This document shows positions 36,001 through 51,000 of a DNA stretch of 64,000 nucleotides, piece by piece. The stretch covers positions 186,001-250,000 of the forward strand of contig NW_025765137.1 in the NCBI RefSeq assembly GCF_003918875.1, written 5' to 3'. The number at the start of each line of letters is the position of its first letter. Position 1 is the stretch's first letter. Both the position numbers and the translations under genes were made by a program. The stretch is from Haliotis rubra (taxonomy: Eukaryota). Below the pieces are notes generated by a model. That model had not been told where the DNA came from, did not search any database, and saw nothing but the letters and a program-made list of their open reading frames with translations.

Positions 36001-39000
36001 AAGCCCATATTCGGTGTCCCCAATCATGATTGCTGGAACACTGCTAAAGAGCAGTGTAAAACCATACTCACTTACTCACTGCAACCAGAACTGGACTCTT
36101 GTGGATAAAGCGTTTGCTTGTCATGCCAAATACGTGGGTTCAATTCCCAACATATCTACAATGTTTGAAGCCCATTTCTGGTGTCCCCAGTCATGATTGC
36201 TGGAATAGTGCTAAAGAGCGGCATAAAGCCCAGCTCACTCATTACAACATCCTGAACTGAACTCTAGAGCTTGATCCAATCTCAGACCTTTCAACAAAGG
36301 TGCCTCTTAAAGATATAACCATGTGGAATCTACTCACCATCCGGTGTCTGAACAGTGATATCCCCTGTTGCCCGCTTCTTCCGGGTATTTCCAGATCCTC
36401 CAATAGAAGCCGTAACAGATGACCCATTTGTCGATGTCACCAACGTTGACTTGTCCGTCTCGACGACCGAGGATCCGAGGAGCTTCCTTGTGCACAACTC
36501 TGCCTCGTTACAAAGCTTCATGAAAATAAACATCTCCATACCCGGTGGCATAGTAAAGGCGCTGGCATCTGTGTAGTTCATGGTGTCATTATATTCGGGT
36601 CTGTATTCACTCAACTTTCTAATATTGATGTCGTCTATCTTCAAGAAACCGTCCTTGATAGTGACTGTCCCAGACATGTTGTAGCCCACCCACGTGCAGG
36701 GGAAGATGTCATCAATGGAGGCCTCAGAACTACCCACACAGAAATCTGTTCACAAAAGATTACAGTAAGACATAGAGATTAATGAAAACAATGTATTTTC
36801 TGGGTACTTGGGAGAATGATTAGTACTTTTCTCTGTTGTTTAATATCGCACTCAGTAATATTAAAGTTATTTGATAATAATCAATTATGGACCAGACGAT
36901 CCAGTGACAGGTATTAAGAGCATCTATACCATCAGGGCACTCTTAGATGCTATCAACCATGTCGTCAAACCTGATCCATTCGATCTTCTCTTATGACCAT
37001 CACAAACCCGTGAAGATCAGGGTTAGAATTGATCTTCAGTAATCCATGCTTGTCGTAAAAGGCGACTAACAGGATCAAGTTGATTTTTTGACACATGTCA
37101 TCGTATCCCAATTGCGTAGATCGATGCTCATGCTGTTGATCACTGGATTGTTTGGTCCAGATTCTATTACTTACAGACCGCTGCCATATAGCTGGAATAT
37201 TGCTGCGTTAAACCAATCGATCCATCAGTCATTACACGCTACGTTATATATGTATCTCATTATTAACACCACTCTACTTTTACAGCTACACATAGAGGTT
37301 GAGGATTGTCTGTGTCAGCAGCTCTAACTTCATTAGTAATCTGATAGCGTGGAATGGTATGACAGAAAAACAATGCTAAATACAAGACTGGACACAGTAT
37401 CCGACTCACCATATCGCCTCACAGATTCATCCGGACTGACGGTCCATGACGCGCTGACAGAGTTCTGGTCCTGGGTTTTCAAAGAGTTGGGTGGCACGAC
37501 TGTGTCACCCAGGGACTCAGCGCCCTCTATTGTCATGTTGACATCTTCAGCAGGTGGAGGCTCAAGAAGAACTGTCACACCTTCAGGGAACATAACATGA
37601 TCATTGAAACACATTCTGAGGAGATTTTTGTGTTGTGTGAGACAGTATTAAGGACATTTAATCACCATTTGTCAATGTGATCTGGGACAACACATGAGAT
37701 GAAGCTCATACATTTACCACTTTAGCCATGGTGCTAACAAGCCTAGAAACATTAACAAGGTGACCCTGGACTCAAACCCACAATCACAGAATTGTGGTAT
37801 GCCAAGGTGCCACAACCTCGAATTCCTTCAGGCAGTAAGTGAGGGACTTAGTATGGTTTTATGCCTCTTTTAGCATTATTCCAGCTACACCATGGCAGGG
37901 AACACCAAGAAGAGTTTCATACATGTAACCAATGTTAGGAATGGATCTTAGGTCTTCTGTGTGATTAATGAACACTCTAACCACTAGGCTACCTCATGCC
38001 CCCCCTTAAAATACTGAACACTGGAACAACTCTACCCCCATTTAGTTTCTGACTTGGAATTTGACTGAATGGGCAGTGGGGTAGCCTAGTGGTAAAAATG
38101 TTGACTCATCATTGCTGAAGACCCAGGTTTGATTCCCACATGGGTGCAATGTCTTAAGCCCATTTCTGGTGTCCCTTTTGTGATATTGATGAAATATTGC
38201 TACAAAAGCAGTGCAAAACCCAACTCACTCACTCACTCAACTTAAGGTTTCTACTGAGATCAGGCCAGATACTGCAACCGTCAACCCAAAACCCACAAAG
38301 TACTGCAAAGTAGCCACCTGATTGTCATTAGACAGCTCTCATTATAAACATGGGTAACTTGGGTCTTATTCTGTTCCTAGTACCTGTGGTAATCTATGTC
38401 TATACACATCTACTGTACTAAAAAAGAAAATATTATTACCCCTTGTGTCTATGTAATTTGTCTTCAGTCCACCTCCGTTTGTACAGTTGATAGAGATGTA
38501 GTATGTTGTGTTATGTTCCAGGGTGAGACCACTCTTGATGGCACCAGGATTTTCCCCACTAGAGGTCGCTTCCATGATGTCAGTTCCGCCTGGTGTGGTT
38601 CCAATAGACCATTGGTAATCCTAGAAAAATACAGCAGAGGAACTGTGAATGAAGTATCCACTAAAAGACCCTCTACCATTTGTTTCAGGTGATTTCTTAA
38701 AGGTTCCATCTTTGAGAGACACTTTTCAAAGATGATACATTTTCTGATGACTGATCATTACAATTACATTTCTTGATTCTTAATGAAGTATCCACTAAAA
38801 GACCCTCTACCATTTGTTTCAGGTGATTTCTTAAAGGTTCCATCTTTGAGAGACACTTTTCAAAGATGATACATTTTCTGATGACTGATCATTACAATTA
38901 CATTTCTTGATCCCCTACTTTAGGTGGAGAGTATGTGTTAATCTAACCATAAACATAAGAGATTTAATGCTACAAGTTTATTGCTCAAAGATAACTACTG

Positions 39001-42000
39001 TAAATGTTGGTCACAACACTCCATATGATAAACAAAGTACAATACCAGGTACAATACCAAGTACCATACCAGATACAATAGCAAGTACAAAACCAGGTGA
39101 AATACCAAGTACAATACCAGGTAAAATACCAAGTACAATCACCAAGTATCATACCAGGTAGAAAGTGCGGAATTATTCACATGTCCTGATTTTAACCCCA
39201 TTACAATTATTTGGGGAAATATAATATAAAGTGAGGATCAGATGGGAAAAACTTACCACGACTTCACTCGTATTGTCACTACACTTCCACACAGCTTTGA
39301 TTGTGTCATTTGACCCTTGGTACCTCACAGGGGTGAACTCGCCCTGAGATACGTCAAAGTATAAGAATACATCCTCCTCAAAGACCGGCGGCGTGGTGTC
39401 AACATAGAAACCATCCGATGAGGCAATGGCAGATGCCCCAGAACCTAACACTGCCTTCACTGCAACAAGAGGATGTCAGAATTCAAAGAAAGGGTATTTG
39501 GAAAAATAGACAGTACATAACTGCTAAAATATCCTTAGGCCAGACCAAATTTATTTCTTGTTTTACAGATTTTTGTTGTCAGAAAACCTTGAGGCAGGAG
39601 GAAAAAATAAATAAAACAAAAATCACCAGTCAGAGTAATATTCCTTATAAATGCTAAAAGTATTTTACTTCTGGCAAGTTATGGAGTGCATATGGGGCAA
39701 AAAACAATCTAAATACATTTTCTTGCACATTTACATTTTTAGCCAATAAAAATATTAAAATTATATTTTTTGAGCGGGGAAAATTAATTTTTATATTTTT
39801 TCTTATTTTTGAAAAAACACGACCGGCGGGCGGGTGCGTAAAACAAGAAATACAATTGGTCTGGCCTAAGCAAGACAAGAAACAGTTGTTATGCATATCA
39901 AAAATTAAAAAAAATCCATTGGGTCATGCAAAACTAGTCTTTCATAATAAGAGGGATGTGTGGATGGGTGGTGGCAACAAGACTGGGTGGTGTTGGGACA
40001 GTAGGATGGGGTCATATTTTACGGACAGCATTTCAGAACTAGGTAAAACTGACAACTCCTTGACAATTGAAGTACAATGCATCTCTTACCTGTTAGGTAG
40101 TGAATGACTGGTTTGAACTCATTATCAATAAGGGATGTTTCTGTGAGAGTGAGGTTGGTGAGGGAGATGATCACTTGGCTGGTGGTGGAGCTGTCACAGA
40201 CGTTGTCACAGGTGTACACGTCACATGGCTTCAGACATGGGATGCAGGGAGTGTGTACCTAAATTCATGAAATATCATGCAATATGCAAGAGATAAGACA
40301 AATGGATCATTCTTATTGAGTAAACTACTGTTATCATGAACTCAAAGGGACCACTAAGTTTAGTTCAAATAACCAGAGTTTGTTACACCCATTTCCACTT
40401 AAACATACAGCAAGCAGTCTGAACAAAAGAAAGTTTGTATAAAAATTGTACTTTATTTAACAGCACAAAGTGTATTTTCAAGATGTCTACAATGACAATT
40501 ATTTAGTTGACCCTTTGCTACAATGCAACATTATGAGGTGTAGTGTTTTGCTTGTTGATTACATCTGCACTCAGCAATATTCCAGCTATATGACATCAGT
40601 CTGTGAATAATGAAGTCTGGACCAGACAATCAGGTGATGAACAGCATGATAATCGATCTGCTCAGTTGGTAGTGACCTCATTAATGATGGAGATGTCATA
40701 GCATGCACGTTTGATATAAAACATGTTTAACATGCTCAAGCTATAATATTCAATTAAGGGATCAGATAGAAATCAACATAATCCCTACATATTGTTTATT
40801 CATAATAATCAGCTGGTGGAGGGGTAGCCTTGTGGTTAAAGCTGTACTTGCTCATTTCTGCGGTTTCCTGCTATGATATTGCTGTAATATTGCTAAAAGT
40901 GGTGTAAAAACTAAACTCACTCACACACTCATAATAATAATAATAATAATAACCCATATTAATTAACAATCAGGGCTTAAAAGTTTGTGTTACAACGTAT
41001 TTCAAATCTTACCGGTTGAAAGTCCACCATGTTTGATAACCCAGTGGCAGATCCTATAGCAGCCTCATATCGAATGATGGCATTATTGCCTCCCTTGAAA
41101 GGGTCACCATAGCGACACAGCTTGTTTTTCTCCGGCGGCATGACGAGATCTCGGAAAGAAGCCTCTGTGCTCCACACTTTAATCTTTCCCTCCGCATCTC
41201 TGCCGGTTTCGGGAAGGTAATTCTTGTGGTTCCATACGCCCATGTAGAGTTTAGTTTGGGGGGAAAGATGGGGGATGCCACATTGTTCCGATATTAACTC
41301 CCCATCCATGTGGACTGTCATGCACCATGTAAGCTGTTGAATATAGATACAGTAGTGAGTCAGTTTTTATGTAAATACTCTCTGTGGTTGTTACAGCCAG
41401 GTTGCCATTGTACCAAACAATCTTTGTGCAATGACTTTCGGATGTCAAGTGTATGGGATTTAGGATCACGTTAACACTAAGTACACTTTGTGCAATGGTG
41501 CCCTGACATGGAAGGTAAGTCTAAACCTTACTACGTATGTGGTGAAACTGGTCCAAAAGTGTTTGTTTGTTAATTACCACCGCAATATTCCAGCTAAACG
41601 GTGGCGGTCGGTAAATAATTGAGTCATAATCAACAGCGTGAGCATTGATCTATGCAATTGGGATACAATGCCATGTGTCAACCATGTCGGCGAGCATGTC
41701 CACCCGACCCAATAGTCGCCTCTTACGACAAGCATGGGTAACTGAAGATCAATTCTAACACGGATTTTCACGGGTCCTGGTACAGAGGCTGACAAATCGT
41801 GATCATGATGGAGGAGAATATGAGACAGATTCAAGATCAGGAACAATGATTTCTTCTACATCCAGGTGAAAGCCTTTCTGTCACTCAGTCAACATGGCAT
41901 GGCATGTCAGCTTAAAGCTTCACGAGTGAGGAAGCCCAAAGTGATGCAGTCTCAGCTTTGGTGAAACTCAAATGCACAGGTATGGTTCTGACAAACCAAC

Positions 42001-45000
42001 TATCATAACCAAAGCAAATCTGGTATCTGAACCAATCGATCCAATTCTTAAATTATCTAACCATTTAAACTTGGCAACACAATTGATGCAGAGGTACTCT
42101 GAAAGAGGTAGAAGGAGTTCTTTATATATTTTTTTAAAGTTTCAGATCTGTCAATTTGTCTGTATTATTTTCTAAAAATCTGAGTGGCACTGCGGAACAA
42201 ACCTTCCCAACTGTGACTGCTCAATGGTCAGTGCCAACTGAGTCCCGCAATCAACTTTATTGTGAGTGAAGAATTGACAAAGCTTACCTCAGAGTCCCGA
42301 GCTTCTGGTCTCTGTATGAAGAAGTTGATGCTGTAGGCATGGTATGAGGCCGATGGGTCTATATTGAGATCTCGCACATCCACCATTGGTATATTCAAAA
42401 GATCAGCATAGCTGCACCATGCAACTAGTCTTCCTGGTTTATCTCCACCTTTGGGGACAGAACAGAGAATAAAACACTGAAGACGCATCACATTTATATC
42501 AATCACACACACACTGAAGATACTGATTTCTTCTCTGAGTTTTTGTTGTTTGATGTAGGTTATAATTCACATTTATGTAAGCTTAATGTTCTTGTAAATA
42601 TCATTCTTACATAATGGTATCACTTTCAGTTCAATTTGAAGGAGGCAGGTGACTTTTAAGATAGCATGTTTGATATATCGATTGAACATTGGGAACATCA
42701 TGTCCTCATCAACACATGAATTGGTTGTTTGATTTTTAACATCACACTCAGCAATTTTCCAGCAGCCTGTAAACAATTGAGCCTGAACCATACAAACCAC
42801 TGATTGATTTTATGTGCAAACCCCCAAGCTATTTGGGGAATAATGCCACATTGAGTCTGGACCAGACAATCTACTGATCAACGACCCGTGAAGATCCGGG
42901 GTAGAATAGGTCTTCAGCAACCCATGCTTGCCACAAAAGGCGACTATGCTTGTCATAAGAGGCGACTAACAGGATCGGGTGGTCAGGCTCGCTGACTTGG
43001 TTGACACATCATTCGTTCCCAATTGCGCAGATCGATGCTCATGCTGTTGATCACTGGATTGTCTGGTCCAGACTCGATTATTTACAGACCGCCGCCATAT
43101 AGCTGGAATATTGCTGAATGCGGCGTAAAACTAAACTCACTCACTCACTCTACTGATCAACAGTATGAGTAACGATCTACACAACTGAAACATCGAAACA
43201 AGTATCAAAAAGTCTCACTCACAAAATAAGAGATGTTGTTATCCATAATGTTTGTCAATATTGTTATTGACTCACCAGCAAATATCTGAAGCCCACAGGA
43301 ACTTCTTGGCTCCCTCTTTATTTGAGCTACTTCAGCGCCATCTGTGATGGAGTCTGTCTTCCTTAAGGCTTCCTTCTCCTCCTTCGTCAACTTGACCACT
43401 TCATACTCTACAGCAGGGTCGTCACCAACGATGGATCGTTTTGACAGGCTCCTGTTGATTTCTTTCACTTTTTTGTACACGGTACAGTTGCACTTGCAGC
43501 TCTGGTTGAGAAAAACAGACATATGATAATCAATTAATATTCCTTAAAAAAACATTATAAGATAAGATAAACCAAACAACTTGACACCCTTTAAAGTTAA
43601 GACTGATCAACAATAACACAATGTTGGTGGTGTATTTGGAGCAGATAATGGCCAGTGATGTTTGTAAGGCAACATTTTATTCACAACTGATCCAATGTAG
43701 ATTAGTGAAAGGACCAAAATTCTAACTGGATCTTCAAAGGAGGTGGGGTAGCCTAGTGGTTAAGGCATTTGCTCATCACTCTGAAGACCTGGGTTCGATT
43801 CCCCACATGGTGGGTTCTGATGGCGATAACACGCAGTTCTCCTACTTTCTAATTCCATAAATTGGACTACCCTTCACTACCCAAATTTTACAACTTAAGT
43901 TTGAATGATTCCATTCCAACTACTGCTCTTGTTATCACGAAGTTGTCTTACAGTTGGAATTGGGTCGACAAAGCAGCAGGCGCAGTTGCTGTCCTCCCAT
44001 GGTGGCACAGGGGTGTAGTCGTAGTCAATGATGTAGTCTTCAGGCCCGTCCCAGAACAGAACGCTGGTCACAACCTTGCCGTCACCTTTTGCCGACTTGA
44101 TAGAAAACTGCAAGAAATGTCACTTTCGTTATTATCACATCCCTCACAGATATAAACTTATTATATGCAGGTACTGTGTAGGAAACTCTCAGTGAAGGAG
44201 CAAAGGCATTTGTTTCCACTGTATTTTTATCCAACACATTAAAATCTTGAAACACCCCACCATTGCTATTATTTAACAGGAAGGCACCAGTGGCGTAGTA
44301 TGGAAGGCATCGCCATTCTGCGAACAGAGGTGCACCCTGTTAGTGTTGAAGAATTCTACAACCTACAATCTGCATCACCATGAATTTTCCTATGATGTTA
44401 GCTTCAACATTTCAACATGTACATTAATCTTAACAAGACGTATCTAAAATAAAGGCTGAAAAATTGTACCATCTGAATATCAGAAACTGAATTGAGTTAT
44501 GCACCTCATACTCTCCTCCATTGACGAGGTCAGCATCTCTAAAGTAGGTTCCAGACATCATGGCATCTTTCTTGGTGTCTCTGGTAAGTTTAATGTCCAT
44601 GGAGTCGCCACTGGTAGTGCGTTGGACATAGGCAGCGCTGTAGGTTAAGCTCAAACTGGTGTTATGGCTGTCGAAGTTCCGGTTCGATTCGAAGAATTTC
44701 CATCCTGCATCATTGAATTTGATTGGTCGGACTGGACAGGCAGACGTGTCAGGCACTGGATGGTGCAGGAATGTTCCTGGAAAACAGTTAATGTAGGTTC
44801 AAGTACTGCTGATTTGTTTCAACGATGCATTAATACAGTCTTCATGAGTCAAGAAGAGAGCTGAGTGTAATCTGGAGATCAAGTTTGCCAGCATTCACAT
44901 CATGGAGGTTCGTGAGAAAATAGTTCATGTTGTTCTCCTCTATTTTCCATTTCAAATGCTATGAACTGGACTAAATTCTTGAGAACAACTGGTATTATGG

Positions 45001-48000
45001 TATTATTGTTGACCCAGTGTAATATTGCAACTTGATAGTGACGTCTTCTGTGATTGTATGTGTATTGTTCTTTAATGCTGCACTCAGCAATATTCCAGCT
45101 ATGAAAGTGGCCGTTCAGTATTTATGGCTAGTGGGGGTGATGATGATTTTGAGGGGTTCACCCATTTTGTTCATGGGAGGTGGGTGGGGGGGAAGGGTTC
45201 ATCAATTTTGTACACATGCACTGGGTGTGTGTGTGTGTGTGTGTGTATGGTGTTTCAGCAATTTTGTACTTTTAAATATTAGAAAATTATGCATATGGGG
45301 GTGTGGGGGTGTGTGTGACTTACTTTGTACATACATTTTAGGGGGGTCATTCACATTGTACATGCTTCTCTATAAAAATCATCATCGCCCCCACTAGCCA
45401 TAAATTATGAACGGTCCCTAATAGTCTGCACCTAAAAATCTAGTGATTGGTATTGTATAGGTTACTGGGTTCTATTCCAACATGGAATCACCATGATAGG
45501 GCTGAGCTAGGATGGTGCATAAATGGCTCAAGCTTTAAGTGGAGAAATATTTTGGGCCTGATGATATGCATGCTCAGCTCACTGTCCCTGTTATTTTCAA
45601 AACTGATTTTAACATATTTTTTAAAATATAAACACCACTTCTCTGTTAAAACCATCCTGCTCGATCTTATGTATGGTGACATAAAACATACATTCTTTTA
45701 CCTTGATGTGTATTCAACTGACCTTTAACCTCACTAGAAGTTCCGATCCAGCTGATATCCTTTGTGAAGTCCACTCCATCCACGATTCTCCCTGGGGTGG
45801 GGGCGGAGTTGTCGTACAGAGCTGGAGGGGAGTCAGTTATACTCCTCAGTCCTGCGTTGTTCTCAGTCATCAGTCGGACTATGTATGGGGTGTCCCTCTG
45901 TTTAACAAACAACAGAAGGCAGGCTACAGGACAGAAATATAATACCTAACATGAGTACTATTCCATTCTTGTAAATAAAAATTGTTATGGTGATGTGATG
46001 TGATGGTGATCATGGTGTGGATGATTTTCCATTCATTGGACATAATGGGGCAAGGTTGACTGATTATGTAACATGCACTCCAGAGCACTTTCAATACTGT
46101 GAGTGAGTGAGTGAGTTAGGTTTTGCACCACTTTTAGCAATAATCCAGCAACATCACGTTCGGGGCACCAGAAATAAACTTTGCAAATATTTGCACCCAT
46201 GAAGGGAATCAACCCTGATCTTCATTGTGATGAGTGAACACTTTAACCTCTTGGCTACCCCACCACCCCTGCGCTGCAGAAATGTCATGGTCATAATCAT
46301 GTAAGTGAGTGAGTGAGTCTGGTTTTATGCCGCATTTAGCAATATTCCAGCAACATCACGGCAGGGATACCAGAAATGGGCTTCAGAAATTGTACCCATG
46401 AAGGAAATCGAGTCCGGGTCTTCATCGTGATGCATGAACACTTTAACCACAAGGCTACCCCACCGCCCCCATAATCATGTAAGAATCACCACTGACCTCC
46501 ATGTTGATATCTATGAATTTGTAGGAGTTGTACTCTGCTTCTATCTCAATGCTTGGCACCACCACCTCCTCCACTGCGCCATCTTGACAGGTCGCACGCC
46601 TCAGCAAGGACACGTGGTAGCATCGCAGCCCAGACTCCTCATCTCTGTAGTCCTTCCAGTGGGCTTGGAGACTTCGGCTGCTGGCGGCGTAACTGGCCAC
46701 CTAAAATACAAGTGAGTGAGTGAGTTCGCTGCTTTTAGCAATATTCATGCAATATCAAGTTGAACAATTGAAAAGAAACCATTTTGATGGAGGTCATAGG
46801 TTATAAAGCAAAATATAATTTTTATGATAAAATTGATATTGTATACTTATCCTGACTCATGATTTGAAGGGAGATAGCATATAGCATGAGTCAGGATAAG
46901 AAAACATGTTTCAGTTGAAACACGTGAAATAACAAACTTAACTCAATTCCATGTATCACCGTCTAATATAACATACTGTAGTTAAAATAATCAGTTCTTG
47001 AGAATAATATCTTGATGTTTACCAATTATATAACTTTACTTAGCAATCCTGCTTACCAGATCATAGTAGGGCCCTGTTCTGATCTTGCCTTGTGTTGGTG
47101 GTGTGATGTCCACCCTGAATCTGTGGTACGTCATGTTGCACTCACCGGCCTTGTCAGCACCTGGAGCGCATTTCAGTTATTCCATACAAGGATTGCAGAA
47201 ATATAAATGTCAATTACACAAAAATATTGAAGCACGTTTGATGCAGCAGTCGTTTTTAAAGTGTGGGTTTAAAAAAATAATTGTAGAAAAAAATGGAACA
47301 ATATTTTACACAAGTGAGACTTACCAATGACCCATGCGTAATATTCGCCATTCTGTGCCAGAGTCAAATTGTCAAATTTCTTGTAGGTATCCGTGCCCAC
47401 ATTCTGGATGTCGATAACATTAAACAAAGACGACCTTGTCTCATCAGTCATAGATCCGCGCTCCGTCTGCAACAAATCACAAAAGTTATCATAACAAATT
47501 GTTCTATATGAAAATGAAATATTACATATTGAGTTCCTTTAGTTGTTGACTTATGTGAAGTGAGTGAGTGAGTAAGTTGTGTCCAATGCTGCTTTGAACA
47601 TTATTCCAATTATATCACAAGTCAGCCTGATGTGTGAAGAAAGCCCCAGGTGATGTGTTACACATTTACCATGGCCACTTGTGAAAACCATGATTTTGGT
47701 GCCAACAAACCTGGAATAATGATAATAATAATAATAGTGTATATCAATAATGTCCACATATCCACATTCGTAAGCATGCTCTTGGCACTGACACATTATT
47801 ACCCCCGATAACCCAAGCTGCCTGTGAGGCTCTAGAAGGTTATGGTCACATGACTTATCCCACCAGGTACCCATTTTCTGCTGGGTGAACAGAGGCAATT
47901 TTGAACAAACTCACAAGCCTAAGGTGAGACCACATGTACATTGCATCACATGTGCTTCATTGTAGGGAGGACTGAAGTCCAGGAAACCCTCAGGAGTCAA

Positions 48001-51000
48001 GCTGCCAAACACGGTCACCCATTGAAGGACTCTCAGCGCCTAACGTTGCTTAACTTCAACTGACTTGTGACCTGGGGCGCGTTGTTCAGCAAAAGTTTGC
48101 AAGCTTCGCTGCGCTACGCTGCCTGCTTTCCCGTGCAACGAACTGCTGTGTGAGCGCTTCATTCAATATGGCGTCGTCCAATATAAACACATCACCGATA
48201 CTAACCACACTTTTGGCACACGAAGCTGCAGAAGATATTCCATGCAATGATTTTGAATTATATGCTCAACATTAAAAACTTGTCCCTATTGGTCACAGAA
48301 GAGCAGACAAGTTTTCTCTGTTACCTTGCAGAATGACATGCCGTGACGCCATTTTGAATGTCGCTCGCTTACGCAGTGAAGCACCTCTCTCAGTCGCTGC
48401 ACGCCGAAGCGCTGCGGCGCTGCGATGTATGCAGCGAGGCGTTGTTCAGCCAATAGAAGCGCAGCGCTGCACAGCGTATCGGCTAAACAACGCGTCCCTG
48501 AGCTCTACCAGGTGAATCATGGTGAATCAAACCAACAATCATTGGTTGCAAATGTGCCCAAGGGAGGCAACTCTGCACCTCATATTGAGGCACCTAAGAC
48601 TACTGGGCCCCCTGTGTCCCAGCTAAAGATTTGAACAAAATTTGCCGAGAAACATACAATGCAAAGTTCAGTTCCCTTAGTGACTGAGTGAATGTTATCA
48701 AATCACAAATCAACACTGTTCAGTATGCCTCTAGATTAGAAATCAACCCTAGACCAGAGGCCATATAATAGAGGGACCCCAACAGTTCATCATTAACCAT
48801 CATCACCATCTTATATGATCTCTGCCTAGAACAAGAACAGATCAGAGATCCAAGCTGATTTACATCAGTTAGTTCTTTTCACACCCAAAGGGAGTTGGGG
48901 AACTTACTCTTCCTATCGGACTGTTAACAGGATTAGCTGGTAAAACTAGATGCACCAAAAAGGTGCCTAAGCTTATAATTGACACTGTGATTTTTGCACT
49001 CAGGATGCTAATTTGATTGAGTGTATAATTATTGTTATCATTATATGTTACAGATGTTCAGTTATTACAATAGTTAACCTCTCATGTCAAGGCCAATAAC
49101 CTCTTTTGAGGAGTACATACGATGCTGAATATATACTACTCACACTTTGCTAAGGATCAAATCAGGAATTCAACAGAAAACTATGATGTGGGGTCAAGTT
49201 TATTTAAATATCTAAGCTTATTGTAAGCATGGATCCTTGGTTTCAGTATGTCACTGCATCTTTTGGATCCCATACCTGCTATTGACAGGTGTTGTGTACT
49301 TGTCAATGACTCATTCCATGATTTGCAAAATGGTTGATTGGTGCCAAGAAAACCATTTTTAAGGTTACTCATGTATCAAGTGCATAAGGTTAGATTAAAG
49401 TGGCTGTTTGCTTATAGACGGGTTACCATATTATTATTTATCCAGTTTTAAATGGATACAATTTCAAATTCTAAATCAATGTTTAAGTAAATTTGGGAAT
49501 TTTTGTGATCCTTAGCAAAGTGTCAGTAGTATAAATACATAAATTATCAGAAATTTCGAACTTTGACGACATTGCAAACCGAGAGATTTATTGTGATTGA
49601 ATGGTGATTTCTTACACTATTGTTTTACTAAATACATGTGACAGTCACTATCAGATAGATTTATCGTGATTGAACGGTGATTTCTCACACGATTGTTTTA
49701 CTAAATACATGTGCCAGAGCCACTATCAGATAGATTTATTGTGATTGAACGGTGATTTCTCACACGATTGTTTTACTAAATACATGTGACAGAGCTGCTA
49801 TCACCACTCACAAATTGTCCACACTTGTATTCCATGGCGTTGGTGTGGTTGGACAAAGCCACGTAGTACATCATCATTCCGATCTTGGATTCGAACCCGT
49901 CCCATGGTATCTCCAGCATTGTGTTGATATTAACATAGTTCTTCATTTCTATAGTCCCAGCTGAAGAAGAAACAAGGAAACAGCTGTCAGTCAAGTCAAT
50001 ACTATCACATCTGGATGCCCCCGTCTCACAACACATGTGTTAGTGAGCGAGTTGGTTTACAATGTGTGAAGCCCATTTCTGGTGTCCCCCGCCGTGATGT
50101 TGCTGGAATATTGCTAAAAGCGTCGTAAAAACAAACTCAGTCAGTCAGTCAGTGGTTTACTCTGACCCAGTATCTTGGTTGGTTTGGTTGGGTTGTTGTT
50201 TAACATCGCACTCAGCATTATTTCAGCTATATGACTGTAAATGATCTGCGTAAGAATTGATCTTCGGTAACCCATGCTTGTCAGAAGAGGAGACTACCAG
50301 ATTGGGTAGGCTCACTGACTTGGTTGACACATGCCATCATATCCCAATTGCATAGATCAATGCTCATGCTGTTGATCACTTGATTGTCTTGTCCAGACTG
50401 GATTATTTACAGACCTCTGCCATATAGCTTGAATATTGCAGAGTGCGGCGTAAAACTAAACTCACTGTTATTTCACATCAAAGCTACCACTACTTACCTG
50501 TAACTCCTCCATCGAACCCAACTGAGAAGCCATTAGAAGTGACCTCTGCCTTTGACCCAGAACTACTGTGTGCTCGGACAGTGAAGTAATAGAAGGCAGT
50601 CACTGGAGTAAGGTCAAGATCAAAGAAGGTCACAGTCTTGTTGAGTCCCACGTTTGTAAAGGGCACAATGTTGTCACGTGTTTTGGGGAAGCGGCGGTCG
50701 GTTCCTACCGCAACCTCATAGTAAACCACTTCCTGGCTTGATGACTTTCCTGCACTGCCCTGAGGAACTACATTGTCTGAAACATAGCACGACAGCAAAC
50801 AATGAGCACAACATGGTTGTACAAAGGGTATTGTTGGGGTTGTTTAGCATACCATAACACAACATATTCCATGCTCACATACACCACACATTTGATGATA
50901 CTCAATTTTACACTAAAAAACTAATTGACAGTTAAACATAAGTAATATTCCACATTTCAAGGGATATCATTGTATCCCAATTGCATACATCAATGCTCAT

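Noticed and set aside
35499-36576. Plus-strand ORFs over the giant gene
   Set aside because: Antisense shadows of minus-strand exons.
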